Positions 39,002 to 48,555 of a stretch of 64,000 nucleotides of DNA are shown piece after piece (position 1 is the first letter of the stretch; the number at the start of each line of letters is the position of its first letter). The notes beneath the pieces were generated by a model, which made no database searches, was not told the origin of the DNA, and was given only the letters and a program-made list of their open reading frames with translations. The translations under genes and the position numbers were made by a program. The stretch comes from Gammaproteobacteria bacterium (GTDB taxonomy: Bacteria; Pseudomonadota; Gammaproteobacteria; Steroidobacterales; UBA11654): contig JAQWSZ010000004.1 in NCBI GenBank assembly GCA_029242945.1, positions 8,671-72,670 of the forward strand. The letters are read 5' to 3'.

Positions 39002-40441
39002 ATGAGAAAAACCAAAATAATTGCCACCTTAGGTCCTGCAACAGATGATCCTAAAATACTAACCAAGCTTCTTCAACGAGTTGATGTTGTTAGAATAAAT
39101 CTTGCTCATGGATCATGGGGCGCTAAGGATAAAGCCAGTCACCAAAAAAAAATTAGGATGGTTCGAAAGATCTCTAAAAAGATCAAAAAACCCATTGCTA
39201 TTTTGGTAGACCTTAAAGGAAATAAAATACGAATTGGCAACTTCAAAAATGAAGCCATAGAACTTAAAAAAAATAGTTTGATCACAATTCGTTTTACCGA
39301 AGAAGAAATAAGTCGACATGACAAAGAGATTGTAGTCAATGCAGATTATGTTTTTGATAATGTAGCAGTGAAAGATACTATCCTGCTTGATGATGGCTTG
39401 ATAAAACTTGAGGTAAAGAAAATACAATCCAAGAAAAGACAATTGACTTGTAAAGTCCATGAAGGAGGTTTACTTCTAAGAGGAAAGGGATTGGAAGTCA
39501 GCAATAAAATCATTAATCAACCAGGATTGAATGAGGGGGATAAAAAGGACTTAAAAAGATTAGCTAAACTAGATATTGATTGGGTTGCGTTATCATTTGT
39601 CAATCAAGCAAGCGATGTTAATCAAGCTAGAGAAGTATTATCTGGGCTTAATAGTAACACTAAACTTATTGCTAAGATTGAAAGAGTAGCTGCTATTAAT
39701 CAACTGTATTGGATTATAAAAGCCAGTGATGGAATCATGGTTGCTAGAGGTGATTTAGCATTGGAATGTGGACCTGGAGAATTAACTGGCCTTCAAAAAA
39801 ATATTATTAAGCAGACTGTACAAGGAAATAAAATTGTTATTACAGCCACTCAAATGATGGAGTCAATGATACATAATCCAACTCCAACTAGAGCTGAAAT
39901 GACAGATGTTTCTAATGCGGTTTTGGATGGAACGGATGCGGTTATGCTCTCTGCTGAAACAGCAATTGGAAAATATCCAATAGAAACAGTTGAGTCAATG
40001 TCAGAGGTTTGTTCAGGTGCAGAGCTTTATGAAGAATCTATCAGCAAGAGTGATACATTTAAATTTTCAGAGTTACAGCGAGTTGATGAAGCCATTGCTG
40101 TAAGCTCGATCAGTATTGCAAGGAATATGAATATCAAAGCAATTGTTGCCCTGACTGAGTCAGGCTCCACAGCATTGATGATGTCACGTATTAGATCTGG
40201 TATTCCAATCTATGCTTTTACAAGAAATGAACCCACGCAAAGAAGAGTAGGCCTTTATCGGGGTGTAATTTCTTACTCTTATAAATTTCAAGCAACTAAT
40301 TTCTCAGAGGTTTTATCTGAAGTTTCAAATGAACTTCTTAACTCTGAAATATTCAGTAAGGGAGACTTAATCATCATAACATCGGGCTCTCCTTTAAAAG
40401 TTGAAGGTTTCACTAATAGTCTTAGGATTGTTGAAATTTAA
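39002..40441 (+). CDS. pyk: Pyruvate kinase
   Basis: 479 aa. MRKTKIIATLGPA, VARGDLA.E, MLSAETA and the C-terminal regulatory domain. Confidence 0.95.
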   Translation: MRKTKIIATLGPATDDPKILTKLLQRVDVVRINLAHGSWGAKDKASHQKKIRMVRKISKKIKKPIAILVDLKGNKIRIGNFKNEAIELKKNSLITIRFTEEEISRHDKEIVVNADYVFDNVAVKDTILLDDGLIKLEVKKIQSKKRQLTCKVHEGGLLLRGKGLEVSNKIINQPGLNEGDKKDLKRLAKLDIDWVALSFVNQASDVNQAREVLSGLNSNTKLIAKIERVAAINQLYWIIKASDGIMVARGDLALECGPGELTGLQKNIIKQTVQGNKIVITATQMMESMIHNPTPTRAEMTDVSNAVLDGTDAVMLSAETAIGKYPIETVESMSEVCSGAELYEESISKSDTFKFSELQRVDEAIAVSSISIARNMNIKAIVALTESGSTALMMSRIRSGIPIYAFTRNEPTQRRVGLYRGVISYSYKFQATNFSEVLSEVSNELLNSEIFSKGDLIIITSGSPLKVEGFTNSLRIVEI

Positions 40442-40515
40442 TAACTCATACAAATCACTTCCAGTACCGATAATATAAGTCTACAATCATTTTTTAATCT
40501 TAAACTTTAACCATT

Positions 40516-41985
40516 ATGGAAAATCTGAAAGTAGGAATTAGTGGATTAGCAACGTACGTGCCACCATATCGAGTTGATCTTGAGCAATGGTGTCAATGGT
40601 CTGATAATTCATGGGATAAAATAAAAAATATCGTTGGTTCTGGTTTCAGAGTTTTAGGACCTAACCAAACAATATATTCAATGGCGGCAAACGCAGTTCT
40701 TGATCTTATATTATCTCATGAGGTTAGCCCCTCAGAAATAGGATATTTAGCACTAGGTACTGAGTCAAGTACTGATAATTCTGCAGGATCTATCATTATC
40801 AAGGGTATGGTTAATGAAGAATTAAGAAATAGAAAAATGGATACCATTTCAACTCGATGTGAGGTCCCAGAGTTCAAACAAGCATGCTTATCAGGTATTT
40901 ATGCTATGAAGAGTGCTGTTCGCTTTATTAAAACAGATGCACCTACTTTGAAAGCAATTGTTGTTTGTTCCGACATTGCTCTTTATCAAATAGGAGCTAG
41001 TGGAGAACCCACTCAGGGAGCAGGGGCAATTGCTACTCTTATTGAAAAAGATCCAAAAATTGCTGAAGTTAGAACAGAAATCTCAGGTACATCATCTGAT
41101 TATCGTTTATTGGATTTTAGAAAGCCAATACAGTATAGGGCTAAACAATCAAACGACCACTCTGATTTTGATATTGATTTACCAATATTTAATGGTAAAT
41201 ATTCTTCATCTTGTTATATAGATGAAACCATTGCAGCAATTGATGACATGGTAGAAAAAAGAAAAATAGATTCAGCTGAATATCTTAGGAATATTAGTGC
41301 TGTATTTCTTCATAGACCATTTCATAAAATGCCTATCACTGCTTTTTCAATCGTTTATTTGCATGCCTTAGCGCATGGCAACAAAGATGATAAAAAGGAA
41401 TTAGAGGGTTATGCACTAGTCTCCAATGTAAATTATGAAGAGCTCATTGGTGAATTAATTAATAGGGTAAATGTCTCAGAATTTGCTCATAATGATGTTA
41501 ATTCGGATTTTCTTCCTCTATCTAATAGGGTAATTAAGACAATCAAAGAGAATGATCAATTCCAAAATAATGTTTTAGCTAAGATAGAATTTGGGAGTTC
41601 ACTAACAATGGAAATGGGTAATATTTATTCAGGTTCTGTGTTTGGATGGCTTGCTGCAGGAATAGAGGATGCAATAAATAAAGACATTGATTGGTCAAAT
41701 AAAGAGGTTCTATTATTTGGCTATGGCAGTGGCGATGCAGCAGAAGTGATACCACTTATTTTTACAAACGATTGGAAAGAAGCATCAACTAAAACTAGTT
41801 TTTCTAATGCATTTAAAGATCAATACAATTTAAGTCATCAGCAATATCTTACTTTAAGAACAGAAAAAACAACTAATGGAATTGATTTTAAGTTAAAAAA
41901 TCAATTCATTGTTAAAAGAATAGGAACAGAAGAAAGGGATGATTTTCAGGATGCTGGAATAGAGTATTACGAATACTTAAATTAG
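40516..41985 (+). CDS. Hydroxymethylglutaryl-CoA synthase family protein (long, 489-aa form)
   Basis: HMGS catalytic blocks: GTESSTD (Glu), KQACLSGIYAMKSA (Cys), LHRPFHKMP (His), GNIYSGSVF (Asn/Ser). Confidence 0.75.
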   Translation: MENLKVGISGLATYVPPYRVDLEQWCQWSDNSWDKIKNIVGSGFRVLGPNQTIYSMAANAVLDLILSHEVSPSEIGYLALGTESSTDNSAGSIIIKGMVNEELRNRKMDTISTRCEVPEFKQACLSGIYAMKSAVRFIKTDAPTLKAIVVCSDIALYQIGASGEPTQGAGAIATLIEKDPKIAEVRTEISGTSSDYRLLDFRKPIQYRAKQSNDHSDFDIDLPIFNGKYSSSCYIDETIAAIDDMVEKRKIDSAEYLRNISAVFLHRPFHKMPITAFSIVYLHALAHGNKDDKKELEGYALVSNVNYEELIGELINRVNVSEFAHNDVNSDFLPLSNRVIKTIKENDQFQNNVLAKIEFGSSLTMEMGNIYSGSVFGWLAAGIEDAINKDIDWSNKEVLLFGYGSGDAAEVIPLIFTNDWKEASTKTSFSNAFKDQYNLSHQQYLTLRTEKTTNGIDFKLKNQFIVKRIGTEERDDFQDAGIEYYEYLN

Positions 41986-41988
41986 TAT

Positions 41989-43524
41989 CTATTGCAAATT
42001 GTTTTCAATCGAGGAATCTTCAGAAGCATAATGACTTCTTAATGTTTTTATCATCGATATTACAAAGATGGGTGATAGGAATAGAAGAGGAGGAGACATC
42101 AATAAAATAAGATCCATTGCTGTTCTATTGCTTCCTATAAGAAAAAGGCAAGCTGGGAGGATAGCAAGAACTAAAGCCCAAAAGAGTCTCATATTCTTAC
42201 TAGGTTCATAGGCTTCACTAGCAGTACTTTTTACATGATAAGAAAGAATATAAGAAACTGAATCATAAGACGTTACTATAAAAATAATAACGATCAAACA
42301 GTAAGCTAAAACAAAAAATTCTCCAAAAGGCAGTTGCATCAGTATGGACGTAGCTGCAATTTGATGACCGTCATTAGCTAAAATCTCAGACACCATGAGT
42401 TGATTATTAAGCTCTAAGTTAATCGCATAATTTCCTATAATGGAGAAAAAGATAAAGCAACCAAAGCTACCAATGATCAGCATACCCATTATCAATTCTC
42501 TCAAGGTTCTCCCTTTGGAAATTCTAGCAACAAATAACCCTACTTGTGGACCCAAAGCAAGCCACCATGCCCAATAAAAAATAGTCCAATCGTCTGCAAA
42601 ATCAGACCTCTCAGTTATACCCAAAGTATTCATTCCAAAGTAGTTTGTAAAAAGTGATTTAATTGCTTCAATAGATAAAACAATGATTTCTTGAAAAGGT
42701 CCCAGTACTAGAATTAATAATAGAAATGTTAATGCTAGTAGAACATTAAAATTGCTCAAAATCTTAATGCCTTTGTTTATTCCTCTATAGACACTTGCAC
42801 CAAATAGTAATGTACATAACGAAAGCATACTTAAATCAAGAATGAGTCCATGATTGATTTTAAACACTTCTGATAAGCCAGCTCCAATAATAGGAACATA
42901 CATACCTATCGTTCCTCCTGATGCACCGATTAAAATAATTACAAAAATAAAATCAACCAATCGTCCAATAAACGAGTTCTCTATAGCGCTATTTTGATTC
43001 GTTCTAAGGCCTGAACTTAATCGTAATGATCCAAGATTATAATGGTAAAAGGGTATAGCTATAGCTATAGCTGGAAGACAATAAAGTGCCCAGCCCGTAA
43101 ACCCCCAATGGAACATGCCATAGGCTGACGCAAGGTGATAAGCTCCTTCTGAGAATGGCTCAATATCAAAAGGTGGACGCTTAACGTAATAAGCCCATTC
43201 AACTCCTGACCAATAGAGTATTCCACCTCCAATACCTGAGCAAAATAACATACTTGACCAGCTAAAATTAGAAAACTCAGGAGTGCTGTTATCTCCACCC
43301 AGCTTATATTTTCCATATTTTGAAGCGGATAAAAAAATAAGAAACAATAAAGTCAGGATACCCAAGATCATATAAGAGGATCCAAAAATATCCACAGTTC
43401 TTTGATAAGTTGTGGAGATGAAAATTTGTGCTTTATTCGGATCTATTACTATAGGGATTGTGATGCATAATATTGCCAATATAACACTGACAATGGTGTA
43501 GTTATCTGATTTATTATTTTTCAA
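41989..43524 (-). CDS. BCCT-family (betaine/carnitine/choline-type) transporter
   Basis: 511 aa. Signature WTIFYWAWWLALGPQVGLFVARIS. TTG start. Confidence 0.9.
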   Translation of the reverse strand: MKNNKSDNYTIVSVILAILCITIPIVIDPNKAQIFISTTYQRTVDIFGSSYMILGILTLLFLIFLSASKYGKYKLGGDNSTPEFSNFSWSSMLFCSGIGGGILYWSGVEWAYYVKRPPFDIEPFSEGAYHLASAYGMFHWGFTGWALYCLPAIAIAIPFYHYNLGSLRLSSGLRTNQNSAIENSFIGRLVDFIFVIILIGASGGTIGMYVPIIGAGLSEVFKINHGLILDLSMLSLCTLLFGASVYRGINKGIKILSNFNVLLALTFLLLILVLGPFQEIIVLSIEAIKSLFTNYFGMNTLGITERSDFADDWTIFYWAWWLALGPQVGLFVARISKGRTLRELIMGMLIIGSFGCFIFFSIIGNYAINLELNNQLMVSEILANDGHQIAATSILMQLPFGEFFVLAYCLIVIIFIVTSYDSVSYILSYHVKSTASEAYEPSKNMRLFWALVLAILPACLFLIGSNRTAMDLILLMSPPLLFLSPIFVISMIKTLRSHYASEDSSIENNLQ

Positions 43525-43654
43525 TTGATTCCTTCATTTCATCTATATTTTTGAATTGATCTTTTGATAGGTTACCAGTGATATAGAAATCAATCGCTAT
43601 GATAAAAATAAAAAGAAATAAGAAAATCATCAAACTTATAATTGTTTCTTTCAT
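43514..43654 (-). CDS. Candidate 46-aa single-TM micro-protein translationally coupled to the BCCT gene
   Basis: Not in the track. Encodes MKETIISLMIFLFLFIFIIAIDFYITGNLSKDQFKNIDEMKESIEK*. Its stop (43514-43516) overlaps the first codons of the BCCT ORF (11-nt overlap). Confidence 0.3.
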   Translation of the reverse strand: MKETIISLMIFLFLFIFIIAIDFYITGNLSKDQFKNIDEMKESIEK

Positions 43655-43764
43655 TTTAATCCCTTGTTGTGTATCTAAAAATTAGGTAATAAGTAAATAA
43701 TTAATAGTATTTATCAATCTTTCTATTATATTACTAAGTAGTTAAAATTTATTAAATATTATTT

Positions 43765-44571
43765 ATGACTGAGCCTAAGAACATTGATAGATCAAACGGT
43801 GCCCTTCCTCAAAAAGAAAAGGGTTCACTTCAGCCAATTATGCCCCAATCCATTGAAGAACAGAGGCGATTGCAACTTGAGAGGTTAGCAGCTGGTTTTC
43901 GCTTATTTGCATTGTATGGTTTTGATGAAGGATTAGCGGGACATATAACATTGAGAGATCCAGAGTTTAATGATCATTTCTGGGTTAATCCATTGGGCAT
44001 GAATTTTAGTCAAATCTCAGTTTCTGATTTATTGTTAGTCAGAGAAGATGGTCAAATTATTCAGGGTACACGCCCAATTAATCCTGCTGCATTTGCAATA
44101 CACTCGTCCATTCATAAGGCAAGACCGGATGTTAATTCAGCAGCACATGCTCACTCTATCTACGGAAGAACATTTTCTAGTTTAGGTAAGTTGCTGGACC
44201 CTATTACCCAAGATGCAGCACTTTTTTTTCAAGAACAGGCGATCTATGACAGTTACGGTGGAGTTGCTTTTGATATAGAAGAAGGTTTAGCAATCGCGGA
44301 AGCATTAGGGGAAAAAAGGACTGCAATTTTACAAAATCATGGGTTATTGACTACTGGTGCAAGTGTGGATATAGCTTTATGGTTATTTATAGCTATGGAT
44401 AAGTGTTGTCAAAGTCAATTGTTAGCTGACTCAGCAGGATCTCCTATTATTATCTCAGATGAAATTGCGCTTCAAGCTAAGGCCCAAGCGGGAACTGATA
44501 TGATTCTTTGGGCTAGCTTTCAACCACTTTATGATCTAATTTATGAACTGGAACCTGATTTCCTTAAGTGA
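43765..44571 (+). CDS. Class II aldolase/adducin-family protein
   Basis: 268 aa. GHITLRDP, HSSIH and AAHAHS zinc-ligand His blocks, LQNHGLLTTG. Confidence 0.85.
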   Translation: MTEPKNIDRSNGALPQKEKGSLQPIMPQSIEEQRRLQLERLAAGFRLFALYGFDEGLAGHITLRDPEFNDHFWVNPLGMNFSQISVSDLLLVREDGQIIQGTRPINPAAFAIHSSIHKARPDVNSAAHAHSIYGRTFSSLGKLLDPITQDAALFFQEQAIYDSYGGVAFDIEEGLAIAEALGEKRTAILQNHGLLTTGASVDIALWLFIAMDKCCQSQLLADSAGSPIIISDEIALQAKAQAGTDMILWASFQPLYDLIYELEPDFLK

Positions 44572-44574
44572 GAA

Positions 44575-45984
44575 ATGATGAAAAAAACCTTAGAAAAACA
44601 AAAAAATAATATACTTAACGATACACTACCGAGTTTAAAAACACGAATTGATCGACTTGATCGATTGATTGAGATGTTATTAGAATTCCAGGAAAAAATT
44701 CCAGAAGTGTTATCCAATGATTTTGGACACCGATCACCAGTGATGTCCAAGTTCGCAGATGTTGCTGCAGTTTTTGATTCTATTCACTATACAAAGAGTA
44801 ATCTTAAGAAATGGATGAAGCCTGAGTCTCGAAATGCTTCGTTTCCTTTTAATGTTTTATTAGCAAAAGCCTATGTTCAGTATCAACCTGTTGGTTGCGT
44901 TGGTATTATTAGCCCTTGGAATTATCCATTTAGTTTAACTTATGCACCGCTCGCTGTGATTCTTGCAGCTGGTAATCGAGCAATGATTAAACCATCAGAA
45001 TACACACCTCAATCTTCCCAATTGATGAAAACAATGATTGAGAAATACTTTGATGAGGATGAAGTCGCTGTATTCCCTGGCGGCCCTGAAGTCGGGGAAG
45101 AATTTACCAGTTTACCGTTTGATCATCTCTTGTTTACTGGATCAACATCAGTGGCTAAAAAAGTTATGGAAGCTGCTTCTAAAAATTTAGTACCAGTCAC
45201 TCTAGAATTGGGAGGAAAATCACCTGTAATTGTAGGTGATACAGCTGATATGACTGTGGTTTCTGACAGAGTATGGAATGGTAAATTGATGAACTGTGGA
45301 CAAACTTGTATTGCACCTGACTATTTATTTATTCCTGAAAGAAAGAAGGAGGCTTGGATTGAAGCTTCACAAAAATCAATCACTGCGATGTTTCCATCTG
45401 TTTATTCCAATGACGATTATTCATCAATTATTAATGAAAAACATTTTAGTCGTTTGCAATCATATCTAGATGATGCAAAAGAGAAAGGAGCTAGAATCAT
45501 AGAGATTAATCCAGCTAAAGAAAATAGTGACAAAAGAAATTATCATAAAATGATGCCTACTCTTGTACTGGGTGCAACAGATGAAATGTTAATAATGAAA
45601 GAGGAAATATTTGGACCGATTCTTCCTGTTAAAACCTACAGACAAGTCAATGAAGCCATTGATTATATTAATAATAAAGATCGACCTTTAGGAATGTATT
45701 ATTTTGGTAATGATGCATCTGAAGAAAGTAGCGTCATTAATAAAACAGTGTCTGGCGGTGTCTGTTTGAATGATGTTATTTTTCATTATGTACAAGAAGA
45801 TCTGCCTTTCGGCGGAATTGGTCCCAGTGGCATGGGACGTTACCATGGCATTGAAGGATTCAAGACTTTTAGTAATCCAAGGGGGATTTACAAGCAAACT
45901 CCATTTAACACTATTTTAAAGTTAATGCGTCCACCGTACGGTAAATTATTTGATGGTTTAATTTCTTCAAGAATTAAAAAATAA
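44575..45984 (+). CDS. NAD(P)+-dependent aldehyde dehydrogenase (coniferyl-aldehyde-DH-like class 3 type)
   Basis: 469 aa. ELGGKSP (catalytic Glu), NCGQTCIAPDY (catalytic Cys), EEIFGPILP. Confidence 0.9.
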   Translation: MMKKTLEKQKNNILNDTLPSLKTRIDRLDRLIEMLLEFQEKIPEVLSNDFGHRSPVMSKFADVAAVFDSIHYTKSNLKKWMKPESRNASFPFNVLLAKAYVQYQPVGCVGIISPWNYPFSLTYAPLAVILAAGNRAMIKPSEYTPQSSQLMKTMIEKYFDEDEVAVFPGGPEVGEEFTSLPFDHLLFTGSTSVAKKVMEAASKNLVPVTLELGGKSPVIVGDTADMTVVSDRVWNGKLMNCGQTCIAPDYLFIPERKKEAWIEASQKSITAMFPSVYSNDDYSSIINEKHFSRLQSYLDDAKEKGARIIEINPAKENSDKRNYHKMMPTLVLGATDEMLIMKEEIFGPILPVKTYRQVNEAIDYINNKDRPLGMYYFGNDASEESSVINKTVSGGVCLNDVIFHYVQEDLPFGGIGPSGMGRYHGIEGFKTFSNPRGIYKQTPFNTILKLMRPPYGKLFDGLISSRIKK

Positions 45985-45987
45985 ACA

Positions 45988-46350
45988 ATGAACAATAAAG
46001 AGCATGCTCTGACTCAAAAGTTAGATGAATTAGGCGTTGATAAAATAAAGAGACATATTTTTCTTTGCGCTGATCAGACAGAAGCAAATTGTTCTCCATA
46101 TAAAAAGACAATGGAGTCGTGGGATTTTTTAAAGCAGCGTTTGAGTGAACTTAATCTTGATACTAAAGGAGGTATCTTTCGCTCTAAGGTTAACTGCCTA
46201 AGAATTTGTTCGCATGGCCCTATTGCGGTTGTTTATCCTGAGGGTGTTTGGTATAAAAAATGCACTCCTGTAGTCTTAGAAAAAATTATACAAGAGCATT
46301 TAATTTCAGGTCAACCAGTCGAAGAATTTATTATTTCAAAGCCGAATTAA
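45988..46350 (+). CDS. Thioredoxin-like [2Fe-2S] ferredoxin family protein
   Basis: 120 aa. [15 protein letters not shown] ... [20 protein letters not shown] Cys pattern. Confidence 0.7.
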   Translation: MNNKEHALTQKLDELGVDKIKRHIFLCADQTEANCSPYKKTMESWDFLKQRLSELNLDTKGGIFRSKVNCLRICSHGPIAVVYPEGVWYKKCTPVVLEKIIQEHLISGQPVEEFIISKPN

Positions 46351-48430
46351 GTGTTTCCAGGTAATAGGTTTCTTTTGCTCTTTGAATTAAATAAGCGTGT
46401 ACATCTTTTGCATCCTGTTCGGAGATTTTATCAGCAAAACTGACCATACCTTTGTTTGTATATAGACCACCTAGAGTGATTGCTAAAAAATTATCATGAG
46501 TTTTTTTATTCATGTATCGCAGGTCTGCAATAACTCCACCTCCCATTGCACCAGCACCATGACACATGTGGCATTGATAATGATAAATTTTTTCACCATT
46601 AGCAATTGAGGCTTCATCACCCATTGATTTAGGAGGTTTTGGCATGACTTTATCAGCTATTCTTTTTGGTAGTTGTTGTTTTGCATTTAAGGCAAATGTA
46701 ACAATTCGACCATTGATGGGACCACCTGAGTATTTAGGTGCTAAACCTGCTTGTAATGCAAATACTCCTCCATATCCAGCAACAACACTTAAGTATTGTT
46801 TACCATTAATGGAATAGGTAATAGGAGGAGCAACAATACCTGTTTGGAGATCATAAGACCAAAGTTGATCTCCAGTTGTGGCATTGTAAGCTACTAGTTC
46901 ACCATCGGATGTACCTTGAAATACTAAATTACCAGCAGTGGATAAAACACCTCCATTCCATGGCAGTGTTTGATATTTCTTCCAAACTTCCTTCTGTGCA
47001 ATAGGGTCCCATGCACTGAGTCGTCCTCTAATACTTTTTATAACTAGATTAAGCTGTAATAGATTTTTAGGCGGTATAATTGCTGATAAGTCTATACCGG
47101 TATTCCAACTGTCTTTTTTAAAGGTATATTCTTTATCTTTTTCAAACGGTAAATAGAGTTCTTGAGCAGGGATATATACCAATCCAGTGTCTGGATTATA
47201 TGACATAGGCATCCAGTTGTGACCACCAAGTGCTCCTGGTGATACTAACCGATCTTCTGTTTCATAATCACCCAAGGGGATCTTATTAGGTTTTCCTGTT
47301 TTAATATCAACCCCATTAGCCCAAGTGACTCTCACATAATTTTCTGCTGAGATTAATTCTCCAGTTATTCGATCAATAACATAAAAGAAACCATTTTTTG
47401 GAGCTTGCATTAATATTTTTCTGTTTTCACCATCAATCATTAAGTCAGCCAAAATAATATGTTGTGTTGCCGTATAATCCCAATTATCTCCTGGAGTTGT
47501 TTGATAATGCCAAACGTATTCTCCGTTATCAGGCCGAAGGGCAACAATGGAAGATAAAAATAAATTGTCTCCTCCATCTGGACTTCTGACTTTATAATTC
47601 CATGGAGAACCATTGCCAGTTCCAACATATAAAAGATCCAATTCAGGATCATAAGCCATTGAATCCCAAACAGTGCCACCACCCCCATATTCCCACCAAT
47701 TTGATCCACTCCATGTAGAAGCAGCAAATTTCATAGCCTCATTCTCAAAGCCATCTTCTGGATTTCCCGGTACAGTATAAAATCTCCAAATCATTTTACC
47801 TGTTTCAGTATCGTAGGCACTGACATAGCCTCTGACTCCAAAATCAGCTCCGCCATTGCCAATAATAACTTTACCTTTAATAATCCTTGGCGCACCTGTG
47901 ATGCTATAGGCATTAGAATCTTCAACTGTGGTTTTTTCCCATATTAATTCACCACTAGTTGCATCCAATGCTATAAGTCTTCCGTCTAGTGTTCCAAGAT
48001 AAATTTTACCCTCCCATATAGCCACACCTCGATTGACTGCATCACAACATAGATAGTAGGCCTTTTCTCTAGGTACTTGTGGGTCGTATTTCCATATGAG
48101 TTCACCAGTTGAGGCATCATTAGCGAAGACGACACTCCAAGCACCTGTTGAAAACATAATGCCATTTACAACTAGTGGTGTTGATTCATGACCGCGACTA
48201 CTATCTAAATCATGAAACCATTCAATACCTAATTGATTTACATTGTTTTCAGTAATTTGATTTAAACCACTGAATCGTTCTTCACTGTAGGTTCTTCCGT
48301 GAGTTATCCATTCTTCTTGATTGGACTTGGCTCCATTAATTTTCTCAGCATCAATATTAAAATCTGAAGCAATAGTTATATTGGTCACTAAGCCCAATAA
48401 GAATAGGTGTATTATTTTTGAATCCATCAC
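46331..48430 (-). CDS. PQQ-dependent quinohemoprotein alcohol dehydrogenase (type II, fused C-terminal cytochrome c domain)
   Basis: 699 aa. Signal peptide, propeller W-motifs, vicinal CC ([11 protein letters not shown]), C-terminal heme motif CHMCHG. Its 3' end overlaps the convergent ferredoxin gene by 20 nt. Confidence 0.9.
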   Translation of the reverse strand: MMDSKIIHLFLLGLVTNITIASDFNIDAEKINGAKSNQEEWITHGRTYSEERFSGLNQITENNVNQLGIEWFHDLDSSRGHESTPLVVNGIMFSTGAWSVVFANDASTGELIWKYDPQVPREKAYYLCCDAVNRGVAIWEGKIYLGTLDGRLIALDATSGELIWEKTTVEDSNAYSITGAPRIIKGKVIIGNGGADFGVRGYVSAYDTETGKMIWRFYTVPGNPEDGFENEAMKFAASTWSGSNWWEYGGGGTVWDSMAYDPELDLLYVGTGNGSPWNYKVRSPDGGDNLFLSSIVALRPDNGEYVWHYQTTPGDNWDYTATQHIILADLMIDGENRKILMQAPKNGFFYVIDRITGELISAENYVRVTWANGVDIKTGKPNKIPLGDYETEDRLVSPGALGGHNWMPMSYNPDTGLVYIPAQELYLPFEKDKEYTFKKDSWNTGIDLSAIIPPKNLLQLNLVIKSIRGRLSAWDPIAQKEVWKKYQTLPWNGGVLSTAGNLVFQGTSDGELVAYNATTGDQLWSYDLQTGIVAPPITYSINGKQYLSVVAGYGGVFALQAGLAPKYSGGPINGRIVTFALNAKQQLPKRIADKVMPKPPKSMGDEASIANGEKIYHYQCHMCHGAGAMGGGVIADLRYMNKKTHDNFLAITLGGLYTNKGMVSFADKISEQDAKDVHAYLIQRAKETYYLETLNSALK

Positions 48431-48555
48431 TGCTTAATAATTGTAAATAAAAATGGTTATCAATCTAGTATTACTCTAATAATATAGTTTATCGAGTCTA
48501 TTTTATTAAGTTTCTTATAGTAGTATGCTTAATTAATATTAAACATGAGAGCATT

